64,000 nt of DNA from Anaeromyxobacteraceae bacterium (GTDB taxonomy: Bacteria; Myxococcota; Myxococcia; Myxococcales; Anaeromyxobacteraceae): NCBI GenBank assembly GCA_047602405.1, contig JASGHJ010000002.1, forward strand, positions 3,328,001 through 3,392,000, read 5' to 3'. The translations under genes and the position numbers were made by a program. Under the pieces are notes generated by a model that was not told the origin of the DNA, did not search any database, and worked only from the letters and a program-made list of their open reading frames with translations. Positions 1 through 9,435 of this stretch are shown in pieces. Each line of letters opens with the position of its first letter. Position 1 is the stretch's first letter.

Positions 1-533
1 CCGCCGATGCCGAGGCCGGCGAGGAGGCTCGCCACCTGGAAGCCGAGCTCGGAGAGCACCGCCACGACGCCGAGCGCGAGGAGGACGATCTTCGCGAACT
101 TGCGACCGCTCGGGAGGAAGCCGGCGAGCGAGGGGTTGCTCCGCGTCCAGGGCGCCACGCTCATGAGCCCGAACGCGACGTTCACCGAGCGGAAGCCCGC
201 CCAGAAGAGCGTGAAGAACATGCCCGAGCGGACGACGCGCTGGAGCACGCCGGCCGCACCCGGGCCGAGGTCCAGGATCGGCTCCGCGAGCGTCGCGAGG
301 GCGAAGGTCCACAGCAGCGTGATGGGCGCCGAGAGCCGCTCGAGGAGCTCGTCGTCCCAGGTGGTCTCGGTCCGGGCCGCGACGTGCCCGAGGATGCGGC
401 GGGTGGCCCAGCCGAGGAGCGATCCGAGGAGGAGCGCGAGGACGACCAGCAGGGGGATCGCGATCCACTGCCACCAGGCGAGGCCGCCCGGGCCGAGGGC
501 CCGGAGCGCGTGCGGGAGGTGCTGCTCGATCAT
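1..533 (-). CDS. Small-conductance mechanosensitive channel (MscS family), partial; runs off the window start
   Basis: Own translation from ATG 533: MIEQHLP...TETTWDDELL...LSELGFQVASLLAGLGIGG, with several TM helices and the MscS TM3 motif. Confidence 0.85.
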   Translation of the reverse strand, partial: MIEQHLPHALRALGPGGLAWWQWIAIPLLVVLALLLGSLLGWATRRILGHVAARTETTWDDELLERLSAPITLLWTFALATLAEPILDLGPGAAGVLQRVVRSGMFFTLFWAGFRSVNVAFGLMSVAPWTRSNPSLAGFLPSGRKFAKIVLLALGVVAVLSELGFQVASLLAGLGIG

Positions 534-582
534 GGGCGGGAGGCTATCGCACGACGGCCCGGGGTTGGGTAGAACCCTGCGC

Positions 583-855
583 ATGCGGATCGAGATGGAG
601 GCGTTCGAGGAGGGGACCGAGATCATCCGGGTCTACCTCGCGCTCAAGGTCGACGAGGCGACCGCGGTCGAGCGGGCGCTCGACGCGGCCGGCGTGGAGT
701 ACGGCGTCGAGGTCGAGGACATCGTGCAGCCGAACAACCTCGGCCTGCGCACGACCCGGAGTGCGGCCGGCTTCTGGATCCGCGAGCCCGCGCTCGACGC
801 CGCGGAGGCCGCGCTCGTCGCGGCGAAGCTCGAGAAGGGGCTCGTGCTACGGTAG
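583..855 (+). CDS. Small hypothetical protein (possibly DUF2007-like)
   Basis: ATG 583 (MRIEMEAFEEG...), typical high-GC3 codon use, stop 9 nt before the next gene. Confidence 0.65.
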   Translation: MRIEMEAFEEGTEIIRVYLALKVDEATAVERALDAAGVEYGVEVEDIVQPNNLGLRTTRSAAGFWIREPALDAAEAALVAAKLEKGLVLR

Positions 856-864
856 GCGCCCGTC

Positions 865-2370
865 GTGAGCACGATCCCCGATCGCCGCGCCCTCGTGGTG
901 GACGACAGCCTGGCCGCCAGGACCGCCGCCGCACACCTCATCGAGCCGCTCGGCTTCGACGTGGACCTCGCAGAGGACGGAGGGGCTGCGCTGCGCCTGC
1001 TGGAGCACGACGGCACCTACGACCTCGCGCTCGTCGACATCCAGATGCCCTCGCTCGACGGCCACGAGCTCGTCCGGATGATGCGTGCGCGCGGCAACTT
1101 CACCCCGGTCGTGGTCACGACCGGCGCCGTCGGTACCCGGCAGGTCGCCGCGGTGCTGAAGGTCGGCGCGAACGACTTCCTGACGAAGCCGATCGATCCC
1201 GTCCAGCTCCATCAGGCCGTCGCGCGGGCGCTCAACCTCGCGCCCGACACGCTCCGGCCCGAGACCCCGCGCGTCCTCGTCGCGGGCGACGCTGCCCTCC
1301 TCGCGACGGTGAGGGAACACCTGCCCCCCTACGTCGAGCTCGACCGCGTCGAGCCGGGTGAGGTCGACCCCGCCCTCCTCCGCGCCGCCTACCGCGCTGC
1401 GGTGGTCCGCCTCGGGGAGCCCAGGAGCTCCAGCCGCCGCGAGGAGGCCGAAGCGATCGCCTCGCGGACCGCGGAGGCGCTCCGCGCCACGCAGCCCGAG
1501 GCCGGGCGCTTCCTCGTCACACCGGACGCGGCCCCCGACCTCGGTTACGACCAGGCGCTGCCGGAGTCGACGCTGGCGGAGGCGCTCCGGACCTGCGTGT
1601 TCCCCGGCGCGGTCCGCCCGCTGGTGCTGAGCGATGACGCGCTGATCCGGGTGGCGTCGTTCCGGGGCGCACCCTCGTCGGAGCGAGCGTACTTCGAGGT
1701 CGTACTCCGCCGCCTGCGGAGCACGATCGCCCAGCTCGGCCCGACGCCGTCCCTCGTCGTGGATCTCTCGCGAGTGCCGGCCAGGACGGCCGAGGTGGAG
1801 CGTCTCGCGACCGAGGTGGTGGGCTCCTTCGAAGGGAACGACGACGGCCCGGTGATCTGGGTACCCATCGCGCTCGTGCCCTCGATCCAGCGGCTCGCGC
1901 TCCGCGCACGCATCCGCCCTCCCGGGCTGGTGCGCGCGCCGCGCGCGCTCTTCCGGTGGACCCCCGATCTCGCGACCGGAATCCAGGCCATCGACGAGGA
2001 ACACCAGGAGCTCTTCCGGAGGGTGGAGGGGCTGCTGGTCGCGTCGCGAAGCGGACGGGGCCACCAGGAGCTCACGGCGGCCTTCGAGTTCCTCGAGCAG
2101 TACACCGCGCACCATCTCGCGGAGGAGGAGGCCCTCATGAAGCAGAGCGGCTACCCCGAGCTGGGGGCACACGTCGGCGAGCACTGGGAGTTCTCGGCGC
2201 AGCTCCGGGCCTTCGCGGCGGAGCACGCGAGGGAACACTACTCGGATGACCTCGCGGCGCGCGTCGGGCGGTCCCTGAGCGAGTGGATCTACCGCCATGT
2301 CCGCCGGACCGACCGCGCGCTGGGACGGTTCCTCGCGCGGGGCGGGAAGCCGCCGGAGACGGAACGGTAG
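865..2370 (+). CDS. Response regulator receiver domain fused to a C-terminal hemerythrin domain
   Basis: N-terminal LVVDDS...LVDIQMPSLDG...FLTKP; C-terminal TGIQAIDEEHQEL, HHLAEEEALM, HVGEH, HVRRTD di-iron ligand pattern. Confidence 0.88.
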   Translation: MSTIPDRRALVVDDSLAARTAAAHLIEPLGFDVDLAEDGGAALRLLEHDGTYDLALVDIQMPSLDGHELVRMMRARGNFTPVVVTTGAVGTRQVAAVLKVGANDFLTKPIDPVQLHQAVARALNLAPDTLRPETPRVLVAGDAALLATVREHLPPYVELDRVEPGEVDPALLRAAYRAAVVRLGEPRSSSRREEAEAIASRTAEALRATQPEAGRFLVTPDAAPDLGYDQALPESTLAEALRTCVFPGAVRPLVLSDDALIRVASFRGAPSSERAYFEVVLRRLRSTIAQLGPTPSLVVDLSRVPARTAEVERLATEVVGSFEGNDDGPVIWVPIALVPSIQRLALRARIRPPGLVRAPRALFRWTPDLATGIQAIDEEHQELFRRVEGLLVASRSGRGHQELTAAFEFLEQYTAHHLAEEEALMKQSGYPELGAHVGEHWEFSAQLRAFAAEHAREHYSDDLAARVGRSLSEWIYRHVRRTDRALGRFLARGGKPPETER

Positions 2371-2394
2371 GCGGCGTCGCGCTTCGCCTCACAG

Positions 2395-4299
2395 TCAGAC
2401 CCGCTCGCTGCGCCTCCTCCCGAACTGGCCGTCCTTCCAGACGACGCCGTTCACGCGGAACTCGACGGCGTCGGGGAAGATGCCGGTGATGGTGGCGAAG
2501 CCCTCGTGGACCACGACGAGGTGGTGGTAGGCGCAGAGCGGCATGCGGTTCCAGTCGTCCTCGGAGCCGCCCCGGCTGCGAAACTCGATGTGGTGGCCCT
2601 GGCAGCTCCGGCGGCTGCACCCCGGGAACTGACAGCGCCGGTACTTCGCGCGCTGCTTCTGGGAGACGGTCTTCGGCTTCGTGCGCTCGTTGCACCAGGC
2701 CTGGATGAAGTGGCGGGCGAGCTCGCCGAGGAAGGCGCCGTCGAGGCGGGGCTCGGCGGGCGGCTTCGGCGTTGCCTCGTCTTTCCCGTGCTTTCCGTCG
2801 TGCTCGCATCCATCCACGCAGGGGGCTGACTCCTCCGCGGGGCGCTCCTCCGGCACCCGCCTCATCAGCGACACCTGGAACGCCTGCTCGAGCAGCACCG
2901 CGACGCTCCGCGGCACCCGGGCCTCGAAGAACTTCAGCGCAGACATCTGCGCGTCGGCCTTCGCCTGCACGACCTCCCTCAGCTCCACCACGGTCAGCTT
3001 CTCGGCCCGCTGCGCCATCTGGAGGAGGTCGACCTGGGGCACCTCCTTCAGGAGGAGGAGCTTCGAGTAGGTGAGCCCCATCTCCTTCGCGATCCGGAGC
3101 TCCGGCTTCTCCCAGAGGTGCTTCTCGAGCGCGGCGCGGGTCTCGATGGTGCGGGCCGGGACCCCGAGGCGCTCGGTCGCGTAGTGCCGGAAGTCCACGA
3201 ACCCCGCCTCGCGGTGGGTGTGCGTGCCCTTCACGACGGCCGAGCACCACCCCATGAAGTCGTCCCAGGCCTTGAGCTCGGAGGCGATGCCGAGGCCCGT
3301 CGCCATGAGCTCGTCGTCCGTGGCGAGGGCGTTCGGATCCACGTCGAGGGCCGCGACGGCGTGGACCGGGTCGAGGACCTCCCAGTGGGAGGTCTCGTCC
3401 TCGAGCTTCGCCTCCGCGGCGTCGCGCTTCGTCTGGACGTCGAGCGGGTGGAGCCGCCGCTCCACGGCGCGCTCCGCCTCGGCGGCGACCGACTCGTCTC
3501 CCGGGTGCTCCGACAGGTACTCCTGCGCGAGCGCCTCGAGCTGCACGTGCCGGTGCGAGCTCTCGACGAGCTCGCCCGCGAGGGCCATGGCGCTGCGGAG
3601 ATCCGCGTGGTCCTCGTCGGAGATCGGCACGCGCAGCCGGACCCACGGCTCCTCGTCCGCCTCCGCCTCCTCTGCGGCCGCATCCGGCCCCGGGAGCGCC
3701 TTCCGCTCCTTCAGGGCCTCCTTCACGAGCTGCTTCAGCTTCCGCACCGGCTGGACCTTCGCCTCCTCCACCCAGCGCTCCTCGTCGTCGCCGGCCGCGA
3801 CCGGCAGGACCGCGAGCGCCGCCGACGGGGTCACGAGCCCCTCGTACGCAGCGGCCCTCAGCAAGGGCCGCTCCCGGAGCGCCTTCGCGAGCTGCGCCGC
3901 CACCTGCGCCGCGCGCCGGCGGACGCCGAAGAGGTTCTCGGTGAGGTCGCCGAGGTTCGAGAACCCCTGCCGGGCGAGGCGGTCACCCTCCGTGAATGTG
4001 GCGAAGATCGCGCCGAGGCTGAGCTCGAGCGCGCTGCGCATGCAGGCGGCCTGCGCGAGCGCGCGCTCGAACTTCTCCGGGCCGCCCTCGCCGCGGAGGA
4101 CCAGCTCTCGAAGCTCGAGCATCGTGAAAGACGGGTACTCCCAGCGCGGCGCGTGCAGGTCCCAGCGCTCGCGGAGCGGATCCCTGCGGGCGGCGTCGTT
4201 CGCGGCGGCTACGGTCGCGGCCGCGCCCGTCGGCTCGGCACCCGGAGTGAATTCCGGGAGCGCCGCCGCGACGAGCTCGCTGGCCGTGCACGCGTCCAT
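2395..4299 (-). CDS. HNH endonuclease with long helical N-terminus (DUF222/13E12-like architecture)
   Basis: C-terminal CQFPGC...QGHHIEFRSRGG...NRMPLCAYHH HNH/zinc motif. Confidence 0.85.
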   Translation of the reverse strand: MDACTASELVAAALPEFTPGAEPTGAAATVAAANDAARRDPLRERWDLHAPRWEYPSFTMLELRELVLRGEGGPEKFERALAQAACMRSALELSLGAIFATFTEGDRLARQGFSNLGDLTENLFGVRRRAAQVAAQLAKALRERPLLRAAAYEGLVTPSAALAVLPVAAGDDEERWVEEAKVQPVRKLKQLVKEALKERKALPGPDAAAEEAEADEEPWVRLRVPISDEDHADLRSAMALAGELVESSHRHVQLEALAQEYLSEHPGDESVAAEAERAVERRLHPLDVQTKRDAAEAKLEDETSHWEVLDPVHAVAALDVDPNALATDDELMATGLGIASELKAWDDFMGWCSAVVKGTHTHREAGFVDFRHYATERLGVPARTIETRAALEKHLWEKPELRIAKEMGLTYSKLLLLKEVPQVDLLQMAQRAEKLTVVELREVVQAKADAQMSALKFFEARVPRSVAVLLEQAFQVSLMRRVPEERPAEESAPCVDGCEHDGKHGKDEATPKPPAEPRLDGAFLGELARHFIQAWCNERTKPKTVSQKQRAKYRRCQFPGCSRRSCQGHHIEFRSRGGSEDDWNRMPLCAYHHLVVVHEGFATITGIFPDAVEFRVNGVVWKDGQFGRRRSERV

Positions 4300-4383
4300 G
4301 CCCGCGATCCTGCCACCCCGGTCTGACGGTGAGAACGCATGATCCGGCTGGGGCTCAGGGAGGATTCGAGCCCCCGGGCCCCT

Positions 4384-4434
4384 GTCCCTCGTCTCCGCCC
4401 CCGCTGCGCGGGGGCTACGCTCGGGACGGACGGG
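4384..4434 (+). repeat. REP-like palindromic repeat, copy 1
   Basis: GTCCCTCGTCTCCGCCCC-hairpin-GGGGCTACGCTCGGGACGGACGG; flanks match 12804-12862 (reverse strand). Confidence 0.75.
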
Positions 4435-4551
4435 GGCGCCTCCCGCGCCGCCTGGCTCGGCCCCTGGCTCGGCCCCTGGCCCGCAGCCTGGCCCGCCGCC
4501 CGGCCCGCCCGGCCCGCGCGCTCGCGCAGGCCGGGCGGATCTCGGGTCAGC

Positions 4552-5454
4552 TCATCGGCCGAAGCCGACCGGCTCGAGCTCGACCTGCTCGACCAGCCAG
4601 CCGCCGTTCTTCATGAACCGCTCCCACATCGGACCCGGTGGGACGTGCGCCGGGTCCTCGGCCAGGCGTTCGCGCAGCCGGAACAGCCCGACCTGGTTCA
4701 CCCAAAGCGCCATCGGCTCACCGGCCGTGCCGAGGCCCACGGCGCCTGCGTCCGGCCGCAGCTCCCCGACGCCCCACGCGACGATCGACGTCGACAGCCG
4801 CTTCAGGTCGCCGGGCGCGTCCATGTAGACGGGGTCGAACGAGAACTGCAGCAGGTCCGGCATCGGCGCGCCCATCCGCGGGCTCACGAAGACCACCGTG
4901 TACTCGAGGTCCACGAGCGCGGCCTCCGCGCCGGTGGCGAGGTCGGCGGCCCGGGGGCCCCAGACCCAGGCGCTCGGCGCGGTCACCTCGTTCGAGGTGC
5001 CGAGGCCGTCCCCGTTGGCGTCGTTCCAGGGGTTGTAGCGGAGCCAGGCCGGCGCGTTCCGCGTGTGCAGCACGACCGTGACCTCGGCCCGCCCGTCCTT
5101 CAGCGGGCGCTCCGTGATGCTGCCCTTGAACCGCGTGCCCCACACCGGCAGCCCGTTCGCCGCGAGGTACCGGTCGACCAGCCCGGCGAAGTCCACCCGC
5201 ACGAACCTGCGGTACCCGTCCTCGAACTCGGCCCACCCGATCACGTTGCCGACGGGCGGCTCGGCGAGGAAGCAGGCCGCGTCGGGCGCGGTCCGGTAGC
5301 AGTACGTGCCCTGCGCCTGCACGAACTCCTCGATCGGGCGGTGTCCGACCTTGCCCGACCGCCCACCGTGCGGCCCCGCGAACGCGATCGCCGGGACCGC
5401 GAGCAACGACAGCAACACGAGCATCCACCTCGACCGCTGCCTCACGTTCCTCAT
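4552..5454 (-). CDS. Secreted hypothetical protein
   Basis: ATG 5454 after a GAGG RBS; signal peptide MRNVRQRSRWMLVLLSLLAVPAIAFA; strong codon bias. Confidence 0.75.
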   Translation of the reverse strand: MRNVRQRSRWMLVLLSLLAVPAIAFAGPHGGRSGKVGHRPIEEFVQAQGTYCYRTAPDAACFLAEPPVGNVIGWAEFEDGYRRFVRVDFAGLVDRYLAANGLPVWGTRFKGSITERPLKDGRAEVTVVLHTRNAPAWLRYNPWNDANGDGLGTSNEVTAPSAWVWGPRAADLATGAEAALVDLEYTVVFVSPRMGAPMPDLLQFSFDPVYMDAPGDLKRLSTSIVAWGVGELRPDAGAVGLGTAGEPMALWVNQVGLFRLRERLAEDPAHVPPGPMWERFMKNGGWLVEQVELEPVGFGR

Positions 5455-5673
5455 GGGAACCTCGCTGGTCTGGGGTTCGCTGCGTTGCCTCGGCCCGCGG
5501 CCGGGGCACGCGGGCGGCGGGTTCGAGCACCATCGGGTGCACGTACGATCCGTCCGCGCGACGCATGGTACGAGCCCTGCTGCCCACGGCAAGCCGATCC
5601 CTCGGGCTCCACCGTTGGACTGCGCCAGCGCCGCACGGAGGCGTCGGGTCACACCCGTTTCGTGCGTCCCGCT

Positions 5674-6120
5674 TCACCGCCGTTCGACGAAGCGCTTCAG
5701 GTCGTCCAGGTCCTCGAGGATCGCCTTCCTCAGCACGCCCCGGAAGAAGATCATCGGAAGCGACTTCACCTTCGCCAGGAGGCCTTGCGGCCGGGTCTCG
5801 TGCGAGCTCGTCACCACGACGTCTCCGTCGATCCCCGAGAGTCCCAGGTTCGTGATGAAGACGAAGCCGTCCAGCTCGGCCCGGGTCTCGTAGAGCTCAC
5901 CTTCGACCGCCGCCGTGATCCACTTCTCCACGGCTGCGGATTCGCCGAAGAACAGCCGGGTCTCGCGCCACCTCAGCCCGACGAGCCCGGTCGCGGGCTT
6001 CTCGAGGATCTCGATCTTCTGCACGCCGCTGAGGATGTCCGCGGCGCCCCGGATGTCGCTGACGGCGGACCAGACCGCCGCCCGGGTTCCGTTCATCGTG
6101 ACCTGGGCTTCCACGATCAT
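5674..6120 (-). CDS. SRPBCC/polyketide cyclase family protein
   Basis: 148 aa: AAVWSAVSD...VGLRWRETRLFFG...DLDDLKRFVE. Confidence 0.8.
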   Translation of the reverse strand: MIVEAQVTMNGTRAAVWSAVSDIRGAADILSGVQKIEILEKPATGLVGLRWRETRLFFGESAAVEKWITAAVEGELYETRAELDGFVFITNLGLSGIDGDVVVTSSHETRPQGLLAKVKSLPMIFFRGVLRKAILEDLDDLKRFVERR

Positions 6121-6223
6121 GGTGCCCTCCGGGTCCGGCGGTCGAAGGTGCCAGGCTGCCGGGGCAGCACGGCATGAACAAGCCCCGCGCGCGGTGACCC
6201 GCGTGGGCCGATGACGCCTCGCC

Positions 6224-6301
6224 TCAGACCCGCTCGCTTCGTTCCCTCCCGAACTACGAGCTCACTGGCCGCACACGCGTCCACGCCCACGATCCTGCCA
6301 C
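6224..6301 (-). repeat. Miniature, internally deleted copy of the HNH gene (both ends only)
   Basis: 6224-6255 matches 2395-2426 (28/32) and 6256-6301 matches 4271-4316 (41/46), directly joined. Confidence 0.85.
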
Positions 6302-6305
6302 GGAC

Positions 6306-8660
6306 CTACCGGACGAACGGCGGACCGTCGACTGCCGCCTCCGGCGCGCAGGCGAGCTCGCCCGCGTCCACGACCAGCGCGTCGGTCCGCGGCACCTCGA
6401 AGGTGACCCAGCAGGCCCGCGCGCCGGAGCTGAGCCGCGCCCGCCGCGGGCCCGGCGGGACGTCCTCCGCGAAGAGCCGCCCGTCCCGGCCGACCACGGC
6501 CTCGATGGAGGCGCCTTCCGTCTCGATGGTCAGCCGGGCCAACTCTGCGGGGACACGACCCTCCGCCCCCACGAACAGCGCCCGTCCGCGCAGCCCCTGG
6601 CGGCGCCGCGGCTCGAAGCGGACGACCACGCCGCCCCGGTGCGGCGGCGAGATCCGACGGGTGGTGGTGACCTCGACGCCCGGCGGGAAGGCATCGGGGT
6701 CGACCGAGAGGCGGTTCGGGTGGTGAGAGAGGAGATCGGTGACGATCACCCCCTCGCCCGACGCCGTGCCCACCGCGGTCCCGTTGCGCCGCACCGGCAC
6801 GCCCTCGGCGCCCGGGACCTCGACGAGCGCGAAGGCGTCCTGGATCGACCGCGTCGCAAGGAACGAGCCGCCGACCCACGCGAGGCCGCCCGCGACGCCC
6901 AGGTCGTAGGAGCGCCCCTCCGGTCCGCGGCTCGCGCGGGCCGTCACCTCGCCGCGTGAACCGAGCGCACGCACCTCCGCCGCGCCCGAGAGCTCGGCCT
7001 CGCCACCCGGGAGCTCGGTCCGTTCGCCGGAAACCCGCACGCCCACGCCCGCTCCGGGCGGCGGCGCGCGCTGCAGCTGGAACGCGGCCCTCCCGCGGTC
7101 GTCGCGCCAGCGCTGGTCGAAGCCTCCCCACCACCGCTCGGCGAGCGCGCCGGTGAGTGTGACGAACACCTCCGTGCGCCCGGCCGAGGTCCAGGTCCGC
7201 CGGATCGTGGCGGCGAGCTGGAGACCCCGGCCGAGCGGGCGTTGCCAGGAGCCGGCCGCGGCGAGGACGTCCGGGCCGCTCCGCGCGGAGGTGAAGGCGA
7301 TCGAGGCGCCGATCGTGCCCACCCAGGCGGCGCCGACCCCGGCGCCCAGCGAAGCCTCGAGCCGGTCGCCGGCGGCGGACGGCTGCAGCCCCGGCCGCGC
7401 CCAGCCTCCGGTGACGGCCGAGACCGCGGCGTGGATCCCCGCCGCCCGGGTCGCGCGGGCGTGCCGGAGCTCGGCGGCATACCCGGTGCCCGCGCCGGAG
7501 CGGCTCGCCCCGAGCGAGAGCTCGAGCTCGCCCAGCGGCCCGACGATCGCGGTCGCCGAACCGCCGGCGGCGACCGCCGTGGGATCGGCCTCGACGGAGG
7601 CGCCGACCGTGAGCGCCCGCGAGAGCCCGTGGCGTCCCGCCGCCACCGCCACCGGGGCGCCGTAGCGGAAGCTCTCCGCACCGAACCCCTCGCGGCCGAA
7701 GCCCGCGGCGAGGGTGAGGTCGGTGAGGCCGGGCAGGAGCAGCCGGGAGGAGAGGTAGTGGCGGGAGTCGAGGCGCGTCTCGCGACCGTAGGCGTCTCGC
7801 ACCACGAGCTCGACGGCCCGGCCGCCCTGGCCGGCGACGAGGTTCCGGAGCTCGAACTCGCCGGCCGGCATCCGCCGGCGCTGCACGAGCTGGCCATCGA
7901 CCCAGACCTCCACCTCCGAGGGCGTCTGCAGCACGCCCGCGAGGTCGAGCGCGGGCGTCGTCGTGAGCAGGGGCGCGACGGCGGGCGTGGTCTGGAACGC
8001 GATCCCTCCGAGCGCGACCCCCGAGAAGCCTGGGAGCCCGGACCCGACCAGGGCGTCCCCGACGGTGAGCCGCCCCCGCGCGTCCGGGAAGTCGCGGGTC
8101 GCGGCGGAGAGGAGGCGCACCGGAGCCCGGCGCTCCGGGAGGCGCTGGGTGAGCGTGGAGGCGAAGAGCCAGCCGTCGATGGGGCGGACCGCCGCGTCGG
8201 CGGTGAGGTCGAGGTGCTCCTCGCCCCGCGGCCCCGAGCGCGAGAGGTGGGCGCCGTAGTTGAGGAGCGCCGAGCGCGCCTCGAGCACCTCGACCCCGGC
8301 GGCGTCGGGGCGCGCGAGGTCCACGAGCGTCCGGCGCAGGAGCCGGGGTTCGGCGGTGAGCTCGAGCGTGGCGGAGGCCTCGTCGACCGCGAAGCCGACG
8401 CCCGGCGCCAGCGCGCGCAGGGAGACCCGCCCCGCGTCGTCAGCGGGGAGCCGCGCGACCTCGCGGAAGCCCGCCTCTCCGAGGTCGCTGGCGGCTACGA
8501 GCACGTCCCCGTCCGCGGCGAGGACCACGAGCCGGACGCCCTCGTCCTCGGTGTTCACGAGGAGGCGGAGCACGGCCCGGCGCGCCGCAGGACCGTCCGC
8601 CAGAGCGGGCAGGGCCGCAGCCGCGACGAGGGCGGCGAGGGCTCCGAGGGCGGCACGCAC
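6306..8660 (-). CDS. Fimbrial outer-membrane usher (Csu/sigma clade)
   Basis: 784 aa with signal peptide, RLTVGD, PSEVEVWVDG, VVRDAYGRE, LLLPGLTD; downstream of chaperone and pilin. Confidence 0.9.
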   Translation of the reverse strand: MRAALGALAALVAAAALPALADGPAARRAVLRLLVNTEDEGVRLVVLAADGDVLVAASDLGEAGFREVARLPADDAGRVSLRALAPGVGFAVDEASATLELTAEPRLLRRTLVDLARPDAAGVEVLEARSALLNYGAHLSRSGPRGEEHLDLTADAAVRPIDGWLFASTLTQRLPERRAPVRLLSAATRDFPDARGRLTVGDALVGSGLPGFSGVALGGIAFQTTPAVAPLLTTTPALDLAGVLQTPSEVEVWVDGQLVQRRRMPAGEFELRNLVAGQGGRAVELVVRDAYGRETRLDSRHYLSSRLLLPGLTDLTLAAGFGREGFGAESFRYGAPVAVAAGRHGLSRALTVGASVEADPTAVAAGGSATAIVGPLGELELSLGASRSGAGTGYAAELRHARATRAAGIHAAVSAVTGGWARPGLQPSAAGDRLEASLGAGVGAAWVGTIGASIAFTSARSGPDVLAAAGSWQRPLGRGLQLAATIRRTWTSAGRTEVFVTLTGALAERWWGGFDQRWRDDRGRAAFQLQRAPPPGAGVGVRVSGERTELPGGEAELSGAAEVRALGSRGEVTARASRGPEGRSYDLGVAGGLAWVGGSFLATRSIQDAFALVEVPGAEGVPVRRNGTAVGTASGEGVIVTDLLSHHPNRLSVDPDAFPPGVEVTTTRRISPPHRGGVVVRFEPRRRQGLRGRALFVGAEGRVPAELARLTIETEGASIEAVVGRDGRLFAEDVPPGPRRARLSSGARACWVTFEVPRTDALVVDAGELACAPEAAVDGPPFVR

Positions 8661-8666
8661 GTGCGG

Positions 8667-9428
8667 TCAGGGCGCGGGAGCGGCCGGCGCGGCCGCGCAG
8701 CCCGTCGGCGGCAGCTCGAGCGTCGCGGGCGGCAAGCTCGTCCCGTCCGAGAGATCGGCGGCGACGGAGAGCACCCGCGCCTCGCGGCAGTCTGCCTCAT
8801 CGAGCCTGAGCGAGTAGACGGCCGCGGCGCCGGCGAGCACGTACCACCCTCGGGCGTCCCGCTCGAAGCGGGTCCGGCCCGCCGCGTCCTTGCCGTCGAT
8901 GCGCAGCCGCCGGACCCTGGCGTGGACGTTGCCCGGGTTCTCGAGCCTCACGTGCACGAGCCCGCCGTCGAGCCAGATCCGCGCGAGGTGCCGGCGCGGC
9001 GCCTCGCGGTCGGGCTTCACGAACAGCGGCACGCCGAGCCGGAAGGTCATCTTCACCCGGGGTTGCCCCGGCTCGTCCACCGGCAGTTCCTGCAGGTAGA
9101 CCCGGTAGGCGCGCTCGCCGTCCGCGCCGTGCGGGGCGGCGTCGAGGCCGACCCGGACCACCCGCTCCTCGCCGGCGGCGAGCCGCAGCAGCTCCGGGAA
9201 GATCACGAGCTCCGGCGCGGGGTCGTAGCGCTCCGCTCCGTCCTCGCCCTGCGTCCAGCGGGCGGCCTCCACCTGGAGCGACGCCGGAGCGGCGCCGGTG
9301 TTCCGCACCACGAGCGCCGCCGAGCGGCGGGTCGCGTCGAGGACGAGCGGGATGGGCTGCACGTCGAACGGACCCGCGGCGGCGAGCGCCGGGGCCAGGG
9401 CGAGGAGGAGCGGAAGCGCTCGGATCAT
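8667..9428 (-). CDS. Fimbrial periplasmic chaperone (PapD/CsuC-like)
   Basis: ERVVRVG...ERAYRVYLQELP...GVPLFVKP...NPGNVHAR motifs. Confidence 0.9.
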   Translation of the reverse strand: MIRALPLLLALAPALAAAGPFDVQPIPLVLDATRRSAALVVRNTGAAPASLQVEAARWTQGEDGAERYDPAPELVIFPELLRLAAGEERVVRVGLDAAPHGADGERAYRVYLQELPVDEPGQPRVKMTFRLGVPLFVKPDREAPRRHLARIWLDGGLVHVRLENPGNVHARVRRLRIDGKDAAGRTRFERDARGWYVLAGAAAVYSLRLDEADCREARVLSVAADLSDGTSLPPATLELPPTGCAAAPAAPAP

Positions 9429-9435
9429 GGCCGCC

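Noticed and set aside
2395..4299. IscB/Cas9-like RNA-guided nuclease
   Set aside because: No RuvC motifs or PLMP start; the HNH is C-terminal as in DUF222-type proteins
4350..4376. tRNA fragment (GGATTCGAGCCC resembles a reversed T-arm)
   Set aside because: No cloverleaf; it is only a GGGGCTC/GAGCCCC hairpin
4451..4516. Degenerate 12-bp CCTGGCTCGGCC tandem as a functional array
   Set aside because: Short, GC-rich and decaying; consistent with replication slippage
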